Shown: in pieces, positions 25,501-56,163 of the stretch
How the letters are laid out: each line of letters starts with the position of its first letter
Position numbering within the stretch: the first letter of the stretch is position 1
Origin: Bugula neritina
Lineage: Eukaryota > Animalia > Bryozoa
Assembly (NCBI GenBank): GCA_964035545.1
Contig: OZ037766.1
Location: forward strand, 22,742,767-22,806,766
Length of the DNA stretch: 64,000 nt
Reading direction: 5' to 3'
The notes under the pieces: model-generated
What the model was told of the DNA's origin: nothing
Databases searched by the model: none
What the model saw: the letters and a program-made list of their open reading frames with translations, nothing else
Translations under genes and position numbers: made by a program

Positions 25501-28500
25501 CATCAGAAAACTAGTGAGTTACTAATTCTTTGAAACAATTGCATAAAATAAATTATATGTTCAACTAATACACTATAAGGAACAAATGATGCTGCCTTTT
25601 GACAAGCATATCACATAATGTCATAAATAGATGGCCAGGTGGTGTTTTCATGTCTGTGATATGTAATAAATAAATCAATCAAGCCAACAGAACCAAAACG
25701 AAAGTTTAGTTTTTTACACAAAAAGTACACGAGGATGAGAAAGCCTACCACCCAGCTTAAAACATATAGTACAAATGAAGGAAATGTAGGGGTGTTTTAT
25801 AAATTATATATATGATATTTTCAGCTGTTTTGATATGATTTAAAAACAATTTTCACAGAAAATATAATGGACTTTTGGAATAAGCAGTGCAGTATGAAAA
25901 TACAACAAATATAGAAATAGAGAAATAGGACAAAGAGATTATATAAAATGCACCAAATCATAAAGCAAATTGGGAAAAGATTGTGTTTGAAATGATATTC
26001 TCACTAGTGGCTAAGTCAATATTTTATAATTGTTAGATATTCTAGCTCAACAGAATAAGGCCAATATCATTCTATAGCCCAACTCAAACCAATAAGCTCA
26101 GTTTCCAAGTTTAGAGCAAAATGGAGTTTGTATAAAACATCTTATTTTTTTGTAAATAAAGCAAACAAAAATATACTATACCCAGCAACATAGATAAATC
26201 TCTGTGGTTCAGAGATGTGGCTAGAATGAAACAAAAGTGACTTTAATATCTACCGAATAACCAATGGACTACTACAGAAGTAATTTAAATTGGGAATTGC
26301 CCTCTCATTTAGCTACAGTGGTAACACCAGCTCACAGTTGATAATCCAGAGTGCAAGAAATACTTACATAAGTTGGTTTGAGGGGAGATTGACCTTGGAT
26401 GGGCAACAGTCATCTTTTTAGGGGTGCTAACTGCAGACCTCCCACTAGAAATAGCAAAAACTGTTGAATAATTAGAAACTTCAAGTCAGGGACATAAAAT
26501 GAATGCTAGGTCTGGCAATGACTGCTTATTACTGAACAGAGATAACAGTTTATTAACATAATATTCCAGCATACCTTATGATGTTGAACAAACACAACAC
26601 CAAGTAATAAAGTTTATCTGAAAAACTGCTGAATAATAGAATGCTTAACTGACCTGCTTCTTCTACTCACTGAGATGTCCTTCTGCAAATAAATAAACAC
26701 ATAATCAATATCAGAATAAGCAGGTATGCGTGGTGTTCTTCAGATATAAACACGTCAACGCATAAAACATAACATGCTTCTAGGTTCAATTTGAACTGAT
26801 GAGACATTAGAGTTTAGACAGACAAAAGATATGCAACTTATGATAATTGTCTCCCCTATTAGATCAATTTACCACAGCCGCACAGTGATGATGCAACATT
26901 TTTCAGTGGTCCTCTCAACAGTCATATCTATAGACTTTGAATGGCTGGAGTTACATGCAAAGGCATTCAAATAACAACTATTTGATTGAACTGATTTAGC
27001 AATTTAGTAAATAATAGACGAGCCAAAAACTATTGCAAAACACTGTAAACATTGCTATCAGTCAACACTGAACAGGGTAGTCCTTTCAACCTGCCAACTG
27101 GACTAAATAAGTTCTGTGCATTTCATTGGGCACATTTACTAAAGTGTCTGATTGTATTTACATTTGAGCTATAATATATGCCAAACTTAGTATAGCCTGG
27201 CAAGGAGAGCAATTTAGAGAGAAAGCAAAAACTACTACATATGAATTATTATTAGCCTGCCAGGATCAACAGCATGTTTTGACTAGAATACAAACTGGAC
27301 TGGTGTACTGGTTAATGTGAATAGCATGTACTATGGTGGTATACACAGACTACAGCTGTAGGTGGCACTTATTCTAGGTGTGAGATACTTACCATGCTGG
27401 AAGTAAGGTTGGGTGCCGAGTGGCCCAGCAGCGAATTCCGGATTCTCATCAGGTTGGTGAAATCAGAGCCATTCCCACAGCCTGTAAAGAGCATCAGAGT
27501 CTCTCCAAGTGGTGATAAACAGTCGACACTGCAGTTAGTATTTTTTAAAGATATTTCCTTTAGGCTGTAATACTTTACTAAATCTAAATTTAAGACTGCT
27601 TTACACTCAGATATGGTAAAAGGTCAACTTTAATGGTCAAACAGGAAGTCAGGCCCAGACTATGTAGCCACGTAGGAACTTTGTTTCTTACAATACTACA
27701 ATTGAAAGCATACAAACGGTCCTTGAGTTAAAAACAGTTGTTTAGAGATTCTTCGAAACAAGCTATGATAATGTAGTGAGGAAGAGACTCAGCACTGTCA
27801 CCCAGTACTAGGAAATGATGTAGCCAGTACCATTCATTAACTGGTAGGAAATGTAGCAATGATCTAATATGTTGTCTACCTTTCCATTCACTGAGCAAGC
27901 TTTTTTAATTAGCATAAGTTGAATCAGGACATTAAAGACCTCATACTTTCAATGAAAGTCAACTTTTGACTTATAATTATAGCCATAGCCTTTTTTTGAC
28001 TCAGACAAGACAGACAGACAAAGTAAAATTGGCTTGACACTTATTCTTATTGAATTAGAGTTTGAAGCTGAGTTGGAAATTAACTAATAAAAGCATCAAA
28101 ACACCAGATAAATTATGTTCTACTACCAGGAATGGATTTTAATCCAATTGTTCTATAAGCAGCTCCGAGTTGGGGTGAATGAGTGCAGTAGTTGGGGGTG
28201 TTGAAGTTTGGAGTTGTGTCCCCTAACTCAAAACAGGAGAACCCAAACTACTGCACCCATTCACCCCCAACGCTGAGCAGCTTATAGGACAATTAATTTC
28301 AATTGCTTAGCTTAGCTATACTGTGAGAGGTTTGCAATTAGATGTAATACTATAAGCAGCAGTTGCATAGACAGCCGTAAGAACTGCTTCATACTAGCAA
28401 TGATAAAGCATAGAATCCCAGCATAGCCTAAGTAACAAAGCTTGTAACATTGAAGAATACTAGGCATCTATAAGCTGAGCAGATAACTCCCACATCCAAG

Positions 28501-31500
28501 AGCAATAAGCTCTTATAAACAGATAACCTAAGTATTAGGTATACCAGGACAAATCTATATACACCCTATCCAGCGGAACAAGACCTAAGGGCTGAAAAGC
28601 AGCCATGCTGTCTTACCTGCACTCATACGTCTATGCACAGTGTGTATAGGACTTAACAACATCTCTATAGGCACGGCAGCTATAACATCACAGCCAACAA
28701 GACTCTATATTTTTACTCTGCTTTTAGCTGCAGTATAATCTTTAGTTGAGTAGTTGAGGCGTGGTCTGAATGTACATATATAGCTGACCCCACCAAGTTA
28801 TAAATTAGGTTTGGGGTCACGATAAATAAAATATAAAACTATTTCATATTGTATTAAAATACTTTCCAAAGCTGTATGTTCTTTCAACAACATTCTAATT
28901 AATACACCTAGGAAACATGAAACAGAAACTTTCCCACATATTTTATGTTGAAAAATTGTTGCAGAAAAGCTTATCACGACAAATATAAAACACAGCAGAG
29001 CTACATCAACCTGAGGACAGCAAGAATACAAAATAGTTGCATGCAGGTACATGTGATCACTATGCACAGTACATTACTTAACAGCCAGTCACTTCAAACA
29101 CAACCTAGACGTTTCAAAAGCTAGAATAGCTGTGGAGTGGTAACTTTTACAACAATTACTCAGAAAGATGCACTGACCACTAACTGACCACTAACTGACC
29201 ACTAACTTCCATATTGATACAACTGGAGACCAGATAAAAACAAAAACAAATCAAAAGTGACAGTAAATCCAGGGTAGGAGATGGATTAGCTTAGAAAAAC
29301 AAAACAAAACACAGGGTCATTTAGCCCACTGACTAATGGTTGAATGACTTGGTTAGAGAGAGTGAAAAACTTTGTAAATATTTTTGGATTTGTTCACCCT
29401 GTAAGACTTAGGGTAAAATTATTTGTTTACTAATTTAAAATACACCACCTGGTGATCTTGTGGTGCATTAAATAAGGAAGAACTCCACACTGTAGATGTA
29501 TTATAGCCATTAACAGCCAAAATGGCTACATTCAGCTCTTAACTTGCTAAAGAAAACTGTTGCTGCCATTTCAGCCATTCAGCATAAACAAGAAATTTAT
29601 GTTATTCTATGACCACTTTTTTGGATCTGGATGAATATTATTTTTATTCTTTTTATTTATCAATATATTATGATACTCTGACCTCAGAAAATTACAAACT
29701 CTTTTCTTAAATAAATAATACTCAAACAGCACCAAGTATATTAGCTCTGTAACTATATATTTAGTGTACCAGCGAAGACTTACTCTGAGAGATAGAGTTT
29801 ATATGTAGAGTGCTGAGGGCGTGGGAGGAGTGACTGTGAGGCATGCTCTCTCTTCTACGTCTAGACTTCATGTCCTCACTGAAAGTTCGGTGGAGCAGAC
29901 GTCTGGGGACGACTGAAGGAACATCAGTTGAGTCATAGAACTTGCGGGGAGAGGGAGACCTCGGAGGTGTGGAGGTACAGCTGCTGTTAGTAAAGGACTG
30001 AGTCACCTGCAATAGAACAGCACAGTTCAGGGTTAGTGTAGTAGACTGCTGGAAAGCTAGCAACTCGTAATTATTCTAATTACAGTTATTATTCTGATGA
30101 AAGGATTCAATGGACGTAACATTAAAGAGATTATACTTCTTCACCCAGCCATTTTCAAAGATGAATATTGTAGCCATTATTTTATTGAAACCTGCTCACA
30201 CTTACAAATGGCTAATAGTCGAACTGCTAGGTGAAATAAAATATAATAATGGTGGAGCTTAATCTGGCAGCAGAGAAATGAGGATATTTCGAGAAAAATT
30301 TGTCGAAAGAATTTAATCTCCCACCAGTGCATCGAGTAATTAAAATACTTGCATGCAAATGTTCTAGTTTGTTAACAATAAATAGTATACAGAGTACATT
30401 TATGCTACTGCTAAAGGTATAGATTTTTATAGCAAGATAATCAAGAGTGAATGCAACAGATTTAAAAACAGAAAGTAAACAATTTAAAAAAAACACACAA
30501 TTATGTAAAATTACTCGTATTGCATACATCTTGCTCCAAAGAAGTGGTCAACAACCTTTGAGTGTAAACTTGTAAGCAGTGTGCAGCTCTAGACTAGAAT
30601 GATGTCAGCTGAGGTCTAGCTACCCTCCCTATCAATGACCGGGTCACTACCGGTCAATAGGGTCACCGACTGTTCACCAATAGCAAACACAGACCGGTTC
30701 AACAGCCATCCCACTTATTTACAGTACCAGAAGTTGTAGCAATAACCACAGTTTAACAGCAAAAATATAGAAAGATCACACGCTGTTTACTTCTTGTAAA
30801 CTTTATTTGATTAGCTTTTTTGCATGTTCAGCTTTTTTGCATGTTCTACATTGAATTTAGTGAGTAGTGGAAATGTTTCATTAGCATTTCCATTGCTGCA
30901 CTGTTGGCATTAGCTTTACCTGCAGTTCAGCTCTTGGAAAATTTATATTGTTTTAGAAACTGCTACTGCATTGCACAATCCATTTCACATTATTTTGCAA
31001 CCTCTATTGAATTTTCCAAACAAGATCATATGCCAATGGTGACTCACCCAGTCTTGGTTGCTCTACAACACCCCTACTATTGTTAACTTTACCAAATCAA
31101 CTTTTGCTAGATCTAACCATAGATCTGAAGTTTAGAGCTCAATGTACTATCTGATAAGAGACTAGAGCTGCTGGTTGGCACATTACCTCCAGGGTAAGGA
31201 GTGACCAGTGAATCGTTCACTAAACAGTCATGCAGTCACACAAGAATGTGATAGTCTTTCCAAACACTACGGCATAATGAGTGTTACCAAGCCAAAGATG
31301 ACTAGTATGTTGACACGCATAATAACTCTGCTCAAACGCAGGTTTTATCCCCAAAGGAACTAAACTCTAACGCAAATTCATTATTTATTACAGCAGTATT
31401 AAAGCTTCTAGATTTTGTCATTAGCCCTAACACCATAGAGAGATACAAGGAATTGTCTTACCTCATCATCTTCTACATGAGCCTGCTCCGGCTTATCTAA

Positions 31501-32878
31501 GCTCTGTATAGTATGCATTACTACCTCTCGCACATGAGAGCTCTGAATGTCAAACAAGTTAATCAATTCAAATTCAGTTAGTTGAGCAAAGTGAGCTAGA
31601 GTCATATCACTGGGGAAATACTGGCAGCAGTCAGCTAGGCCCTGCAACATGTAGGCATCATTATTATGAACTTCCCAAGACAGCAGACTGCCCTGAGCAC
31701 AGATATTACTCTACATTGATAATTACACAGGAAGCAGAGTAAAATTAGCTACACAGTGTATTTATGACAGCACTTCATAGTATGATGAATGTAACTCTAG
31801 AATTCTGTCTACGTGCTGCTCAGTAAACATTAGCATCAACTCCCATTATTTCAACACAGGTCTCAATATTATACATACAATGGCTCTTATGTTTGCCAGA
31901 ACACACACAGGTAGAAAATGTAAATTATAAGTTGCAGAAGGTATATATACTGTATGCTGGGTTGATGGAAAACAGGTACATCTAGCCACCTGTTGCTAGT
32001 TATGTAATATCCCTACAATGTTTGCCGTCAAACTTAATCACTTAGGTACTCAACTCTTCTAATTTTAGAAAAGAAATCAATACACCCGAATGTAATTCAT
32101 ATAATAACTTTTATACTATAGGAAATAACATGATGTCCCGTACTAGCAGTTGATATACCAGTACATGACCACTTCAACTGCACGTCTGTTATTATAGTTA
32201 CTGATAGTGTATTAGTACAGTTGCCAATAGCTAGTAACCAAAGTGCTAAACTATTCAATTCTACACCAGTGTAACGCTGCAAGGTGTAGTGTATGACTAC
32301 AGTTACAACTTAGATTAATTAGTTAAGGCTAGCCAGCATTATATCTAAACATTGTTGCACTCAGAACACCTCAGTTTTACTCCTACCATGACTCAAGCTA
32401 TGCCGGCAAGATCCTGTTCTTACACTAAGAACAAAATCCATATAGCCCAAGCTCTCACCTTGGAGTGAAGAAAGGAGTAAAAGGGGGACATAGGTTCCAA
32501 CGCATCAGTACCACCATCCCTGGGAGAAGGTGAACAACTACCAGGACTAGCCACCTCCTGCTCATAGGGAGACTTTCTGCCACTTAAATCGCCTAATGAA
32601 AGAGAACATGTGTCACTGCTTGTGATTGGCTGCCTAGAGAGGAGCCGTGCCCTAGTTGAAACAAGCACCTCATCCTCCATGCCAGAATCTGACTTCTCGC
32701 AGCCCTCGGGACCAGAAGAAGATATGACACTGGCTAGTCTCTCTACTTGTATAGCCACAGCTCCGTCAACAACGCAAGGTAGGGTGACCAGTGAGGGACC
32801 CTGTATTGGTGATATTGGGGATATAGCACCTCCTGCATCCAATATAGAACCATCTGAAAACACCTCGTCATCTGACAT
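7583..32878 (-). CDS. MAST: Microtubule-associated serine/threonine kinase (MAST family: DUF1908, AGC kinase, AGC C-terminal, PDZ)
   Basis: 30 in-frame GT-AG coding exons: 32459-32878, 31462-31641, 29784-30006, 27393-27481, 26654-26682, 26368-26444, 25058-25136, 23688-23760, 23156-23322, 20824-20899, 20000-20221, 19703-19801, 19287-19416, 18977-19124, 18412-18620, 17559-17700, 16396-16583, 16073-16291, 15870-15989, 15507-15634, 15105-15230, 14902-15024, 14524-14790, 12708-13285, 12368-12483, 11884-12090, 11439-11641, 10985-11119, 10503-10670, 7583-8203. Signatures: [125 protein letters not shown]. Confidence 0.95.
9745..9880. repeat. Degenerate ~26-bp tandem repeat in a MAST intron
   Basis: Recurrent units resembling cacatgccataagcattgtatgag. 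Confidence 0.55.
11672..11774. repeat. 20-bp minisatellite (~5 copies) next to a MAST acceptor
   Basis: Unit approximately ctaccaggtgatacaaggtg. Confidence 0.8.
15241..15490. repeat. 22-bp minisatellite (~11 copies) filling most of MAST intron 15231-15506
   Basis: Unit gtacacgtagtaactggtacat. It explains the repetitive ORFs 14904-15488, 15155-15490 and 15211-15480. Confidence 0.95.
15660..15800. repeat. Degenerate 21-bp minisatellite in a MAST intron
   Basis: Unit approximately gtatagatagcagagtataat. Confidence 0.75.
17002..17342. repeat. Near-perfect 21-bp minisatellite (~16 copies)
   Basis: Unit attatattctataccacacac. Produces the artefactual (CGIEYNV)n ORF. Confidence 0.95.
18707..18916. 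mobile_element. Non-autonomous Tc1/mariner-pogo-like MITE, copy 1
   Basis: TA-flanked, with TIRs cagtgctccctctgtatctc / gagatatggggagagcacag. Internal sequence is homologous to the copies at 51362 and 61222. Confidence 0.85.
19430..19575. repeat. 28-bp minisatellite (~5 copies) abutting a MAST acceptor
   Basis: Unit catagtattacactatcatcagatgtga. Confidence 0.9.
20216..20380. repeat. 42-bp tandem repeat that includes a MAST splice acceptor
   Basis: Unit approximately cacag(c/g)ctgtgatatacatacattacttacactatcatatct, ~4 copies. The first copy overlaps the exon boundary at 20221/20222. Confidence 0.85.
21070..21249. mobile_element. Foldback (palindromic) MITE, copy 1
   Basis: Long imperfect inverted arms tctataagcagccccaagttgggagtgactgagtgcagtagtttg... 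/ ...caaactactgcacccaatcactcacaacttggagctgcttataga. Homologous copy at 28146. Confidence 0.8.
24836..24906. repeat. 24-bp tandem repeat (3 copies)
   Basis: Unit cacttggtcatattaagtacaata. Confidence 0.85.
28146..28294. mobile_element. Foldback (palindromic) MITE, copy 2
   Basis: aattgttctataagcagctccgagttggggtgaatgagtgcagtagtt ... aactactgcacccattcacccccaacgctgagcagcttataggacaatt. Confidence 0.8.
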
Positions 32879-33512
32879 CTTGTCAATGTGTCACAAACTT
32901 ATTACTTCAAAAACCTTGACTTTTCTGAGAAAGAAGTTGCTGCATCTAGAAAAAAGAAAATACAAATTTTGTATAATAAACCAATTGACTGCAAAAACTA
33001 CAATATTAACTAAATGGTCAAGCAGTTTAGAGGTTGAGGTAAACACCTCATTGAGCAAAATACAAACTTCCTCAAGCTAACCATATTATTACGTCAACAT
33101 TCTACCTGTCAGTAAACATAATTTTTTGATTATCTTCCTAATGTTACTTTTTTAAAAATATGTTAGGAAATATAATAGAATAGTCAAGTGAGTTAATAAA
33201 ACCCCATCTCTAAAATGGTGGAAAATGTGCAATGAAACAGTTCAGGCTGCCTTCCTGAATAACACCAACTCTGAGTACAATACACACACAGTCACTGTGT
33301 TTCAATGTATAGCACACAGCATATTATGAAGAAAAACAGTCTTCCCTCCCAATAAAGTGTCGATGGTTAGTTGGTATCTGTAGTGTAGAAGTAGATGTTC
33401 ACCAACCCTAGCTCAGGTACAGAAGGATATCTACACATTCGTCTTATTTTGAGAATGATTTCCTTTTTTGTAAGAAAAAGCCATTTCAGTTTGCGAAAAC
33501 AAGTAGAAGATA

Positions 33513-33629
33513 GCTTGATGCAGCACAAAGTTTGGGGCCACTGAGTGCAGCAGTTGGAAACCCAGTTTGGACAATGATGTGTATACAAAAATTGCACTCA
33601 GTGACAAATAACTTTGCGCTGCACCTAGC
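33513..33629. mobile_element. Degenerate hairpin element, probably related to the foldback MITE family
   Basis: Inverted arms gcagcacaaagtt...cactgagtgca / tgcactcagtg...aactttgcgctgc. Shares the actgagtgcag core with the 21070 copy. Confidence 0.5.
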
Positions 33630-36600
33630 AATTTCCAAACGCATAGCCCTATTCAGAAATTCCAGTGGAGAAGCTTTGAAATTTATTAGTTTAGTAGAAA
33701 TTTGCAGCCTGAAAGTTCATTTCCTCGAGACTCTAAATGTGGGTTTTATGCGCAGCGTAATGTTTATCAATTTAAAGTATACCTGAGGAGTACATACCTA
33801 CGAAAACTGAACTACCGCTAGATGATACAATTGTGATTTACTAGTGCTAGCTGTTATATATACACACAGTATATAATCTAAAACATACCAATGATATATA
33901 ATTACGATATTATTATTCACAATAATAGCTAAATTAATACATCATTGCCTGTTATATTACATCAAGAAGAGATTATCCACACACGAGTAAAATTATTTGA
34001 AAAGATGAAATATAAGAACTACATTCATTTTTGCATCTATGATCTACGCTAACTTTCCAAATCAATGCTACTGTCTAGACTTTATTTAAGTTTCAAACAA
34101 GCAGAATATAATAATCATAACACGTTATTATAATATTTTATAATACCACACATGAATGTAGCACCTATTGAATAAACTCAGTGTATATCATAAGAGAAAA
34201 GTACAAGGTTGACTACTGATACAATTTATCATATTATTAGCTTTTTCATTCCTAGCCAGACATCAATGATTCATAGCTTAATTCCCAGCATAGTTGAGTG
34301 TTTCTAGCAATGACACAAATCTGCAGGTTGAAATATTAATTACTTATACACTATTTTATACCTATCCTCTAGTAGTTAAATATGAGCATTATAAGTGAAT
34401 TTACAAACTACTTACAAACAGTCCTTTTTGAGGGCCTTCTAGTCAAATTTAGCAAATGACAAAAAAGCATTAAAATACCGGACAAAATAATTGGTTTATC
34501 AAATAACAACTAAGCTTAGTATATGGTATACATTTATTTTCAATATCAAATGGGCAGCTAAACAATTTTCTATAGGCATTTAGAAATGTAGGTAAACAAT
34601 ATCTGCTACAAAAAATCATGTGCCCAATGGCCATGGTACATCCATCCTATTTTATTACTTTTAAAATAAAGTTGCTGCCAGGCAGCATGGACTATTATCA
34701 ATTTATATTAAAACAACGTATTCAACAAGCCGCCTAATTTGAAACCCTAAAAAGCGATGGCAATGTTGGCAAAAGGTTCTGTCATACAAATGCTCTAAAA
34801 AACCCCCAATAACCTGGAAGGAGATTAAGAAACTAGACAGCCGCTGTCTTAATTTTTCAACAAGTGGGAAGGAAATATGGAATTGAAACATGTACCCTTT
34901 AAATTTTAGATTTGACTTTAAAGATGGCTACAGAACATGGTGTAATTGTAAACTACTTATGAAACACAGAATATGAGAATAAAAACCTCACAATTTATAA
35001 TTTAGCTATCAACAAGTAATGAAAAAATGTAAAGCCACTTTCCAAACACAGCTTGGTGCAAATATAGTAAACTTCTGTTTTACAAGGTAATACCATTAAA
35101 GAAACTTGTACTTACATTGAGATTTTTTAATCCAGTACTTGTTTGACTTCTATGGTTAGGATATCAAAGATGCTGCAATGAAATACATCACTCAGTATTA
35201 GCACTGATTTTTTTCACTATGGAATGAATCAAACTGGTGATATGCGACATACTTTATGCTGGTATTAGTAACACTATATAAATTAGTTTGTTATCATAAT
35301 AGTGTTCTATAAGATATATCAATTCAGATAAAAAAGATTATTACGTAGAAGCATAGCTGGTTTATTGACCAGAACTGCAGTGTATTGGGCCATAACATCA
35401 AATATTGAATAGTCAGAACCTCTATAAGGACTTAAGATAATCAAAATGATAGAATAGCAAAGTGATAGCAAATAACATTCAATCTCTGCTTTAAAGTTAA
35501 GATTACACCTGGCTATCTAATCTGACCTGCAGTATTATCAATATACCAATAGTTTGGGAACAGTGATATAAAGAAAATTTGAAAGAGTTCTAGAAAACTG
35601 TATTGGCAAATATTATTCAACATTTGAGTCTGGATCAAGCATGACATTGCTTGACCTGTGACTGAATATTCATCTACCAGTAGACAGTTCTAGGTGGAGC
35701 TGCATTCTGGTGGTATAATGTAAAGGTCATCACATAACAAAGCTATACCTAATATAAAAAGAAAGTAAGTTGTGATTTTTAGGTAAAGCCTCAAGGTTTA
35801 ATAGGTTTAATAATTCTGCACATTTAGAGCAGCTAAAATAATAACATCCAAAATAATGTCAAAATCATTTTGGTAACAGTAGCAAGTTACTATTTATTCA
35901 CAGCATTTATTAAGCAACCAAAAAGACATCACCCTGTTTTCAAATTATACTTGCAAATCAGGCAAGCTGTCACCCTTAGGTCACTTTATTTATCAGTAAA
36001 TTATAATTGATTTCAACACCAGTCTACTTATCCTAATATTTGGTTAATGCTATGACACCAATCAGTAGTAATTGAGTCAGCAGTGACTAAACTAGACTCC
36101 AGTAACATGTAGGGTTAAATTATTGGTTACAAAAACGCAATGCACAACTATTAGAAATATTAAATTAATTATTGTTAGCATTAGAGGCAGTAGCTATAGT
36201 GGCTGAAAGTGGAAAAAGTAACAGTAATCATAATTATTTGGTAAGCATTCTAATCAAAGAAACAGCTGTAGTAGGTCTGATCAAATTAAGTTTCAAGTTA
36301 ACTTTAACAATACATTATAATTAAAATTCATGCTGTAAATTGAACTGAGAAAAAAACCTAAAACAGCATTACTGCAAGTATCCAGGCCTAACCAAATTGG
36401 GGCGATTTGTATCCTATCACCGGATTCCTAAAACGAACTAGTGAAATTTGAAACATCAGATTATTCAGAAAATTTGGCAACTCTTATTGATTGAGCAGAT
36501 TAATATTTATGTATTACACAAAGATGTCTTTACAAACGCTTTCAGCAAATGCATAAACTTTGTCAACAAAACTACCACCATCTTTCATTTCTGTAACAGT

Positions 36601-37862
36601 GAAGGTTAATAGTCATAATGGAATTTTTTCAATATGTCCAGGTTTTTACACTGATTATGTGGAAATTAAAAAGAAAATAGACAAATCTATGGAAGTCCCT
36701 AACTAATTTTGATACCAAGGGTTAATGCAAGATATATAGTTTTCTTGATTGAAAGAGACATACATGTACCTACATCCTGAGAATATGACCAAATGTATTA
36801 TAATAAATATTTTATTTATTTACTAATAATTTTTTTTCATAGTATTTAATGAAAATGATATAAAGTCAATTTATAGAAAGAAATTACTGCTGGTCTCCAT
36901 TGCAAATACTTATGATACTAGGTAATACCAGTGATTCTACAGCTACAGGTAATAAGTCTACTAGTTAATTGGTATTGCTTCTGGTGATGTAAACAACCAA
37001 TTTATATATTATCATTTGTTGTCTTTTATGGCGACAGCAACTAAATTTAAAATTATTACTGCATACTGAATTGGTAATGTATACAGTGAGTATTAAACAT
37101 GAATTGGCTTAGCTACATATAAAAAAAACTAATTAGTTGATAAAATTAATTGCTAGCTGCTAATCATACTCCCTGCATCATATTGAGGCTAATACTTGTA
37201 AAACAAGGAGTAAAGGCAAAGTCAACATTCAGTTTTATACTGGCTATTGAATCACTATACTACATATTTAATTTTGTTCTTTAGTTACAAATTAAACTCC
37301 TGACTTTGAAACTTGCTTTCTAGTCCAGACTTAATAATACTTGGTATACTGCACCAATTCCACTACCGTCACAATAGTTGTGATTTTTGTTATCAAGAAA
37401 AAATAACTACTATCATCATGACAATAAATATAAACATAATGATACCATGTCTGTCGTTAGATTTACTTGGTCATTGACTAAGATTTACTGTTACCTCTGT
37501 TACAATCAATTATAATAATTATTATAATAAATACAACTATTTAAACTTTATTATCATAATATTAATTGTTAGTGGTATTGCTTGCTATAAATCAACCAAT
37601 GACACTGTCATGCCTAGAATTTACTGAGTAGCACTTGGTGACTTACACTTAGTAGCAGTACTGGCTACTACTACTAGTATTACTATTAGTATTAGTATTA
37701 AAATACAAAGTTTGTGTTACATGAGTAAACAACTAATACTAGTAGCACTAGTAGTAGTAGTACTACTACAGATGAAATAGTAAAATATAAATACAATATT
37801 GTAATTGTCAAGACTACTACTAACAGTATAACTATATAAATATATATATTAGAGATACTCAC

Positions 37863-38700
37863 CTTAAGTTCATTCATTTCTCAGTCATTGTTTCGATTAG
37901 TTTTGAAATTGTTGAACTTGAACTGCTTCACCTCGAATTTTGTGATAATAATCACAACAATACTAGTCGTATAACAACAGTTATTAATTAAGTATCACCA
38001 AGTCCATTTTAATGCTTAAATTTAAGACGAAGTTAAACTAAATCTTCATCAACATGCCTTTGCCTATGGTCATGGTGATGGTCATATGGTTATTGTAATC
38101 TGTAATATTATTACAAGTTTGTCTTGTTTGAGTTGAAACTCGTATTTTGCTTTCACCGAATCAGTATGGAAGTAAGTATAACTGTCACTTTAGACTCAGA
38201 CTGAAAGTGAATATGAGTACGAGTATCACATTCACTTTCAGTTTCATTAGTCCTAGAAAGTTTTAGTAGTCGTAGAACTAGAATAAGAATGCCCAACACT
38301 AACCCCAATGCAGTCAATGCTACTCAGACTCACTGATGTGACAGAGTGCCACCTTCTTCATAAGCTACTGTAAGGAAACAGTCAGCATATGTAATGTTTG
38401 CGAAACATGGTTACTTCAATAAACAATGAGTAAATTTTACAGCGAATACAGCCTAGTTTAACTTCAATCATCAATGAACTTAGTTGATTTACAAGCCGGA
38501 AACTGTAAATTAACGTTCAAGAGATTGCGAAAACTTGAATAGTTTTGATTAGAAGTTGTCTTCTTTACAGATATTGCAAATACGGACAACTTTCAAATAG
38601 TGAGCATGAATTATTAAGCAATTATAATTATTGCCCATAACTGGCCTATATATATTTTTTAATTCCTATGTCTACTAACAAATGCAGGGATGTTTTAGAT
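37863..38700 (-). promoter_or_regulatory. Inferred MAST promoter and non-coding first exon region
   Basis: Minus-strand donor AAG|GTGAGT at 37862 and acceptor at 32946 upstream of the MAST ATG. Lies just downstream of the KDM5 poly(A) signal (~38880). Boundaries are approximate. Confidence 0.4.
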
Positions 38701-38984
38701 TTGGCTACAAGTGTTTTTATAGACTAACATTAAATGATATGTTGATTTCGAAGTTGAACTTTACAGTTGAAAAATCTTCATAGACAATAAAACAGATGTA
38801 TAAATACAATCCATGATGACTACACTTGACATAAACATAGAACATATAAAATGAAGCAGTAGCTCAAAATAAATTTAATTTATTTGAACTCTGCACAAAC
38901 AACACTTCAACTGAATAAAAATGAATAAATTGCACAACATAGTACTATGTACATGATAAAGTAAAGTAAGAAGTCTGTTCATTA

Positions 38985-56163
<17,179 letters not shown>

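Noticed and set aside
32610-33080. 156-aa plus-strand ORF (also 7869-8207 and 45101-45373)
   Set aside because: Antisense shadows of real MAST or KDM5 exons.
33000-37500. Hidden gene in the 4.5-kb stretch upstream of the MAST coding region
   Set aside because: Only short ORFs without recognisable motifs or a consistent exon chain. Most simply explained as a long 5' UTR intron of MAST.
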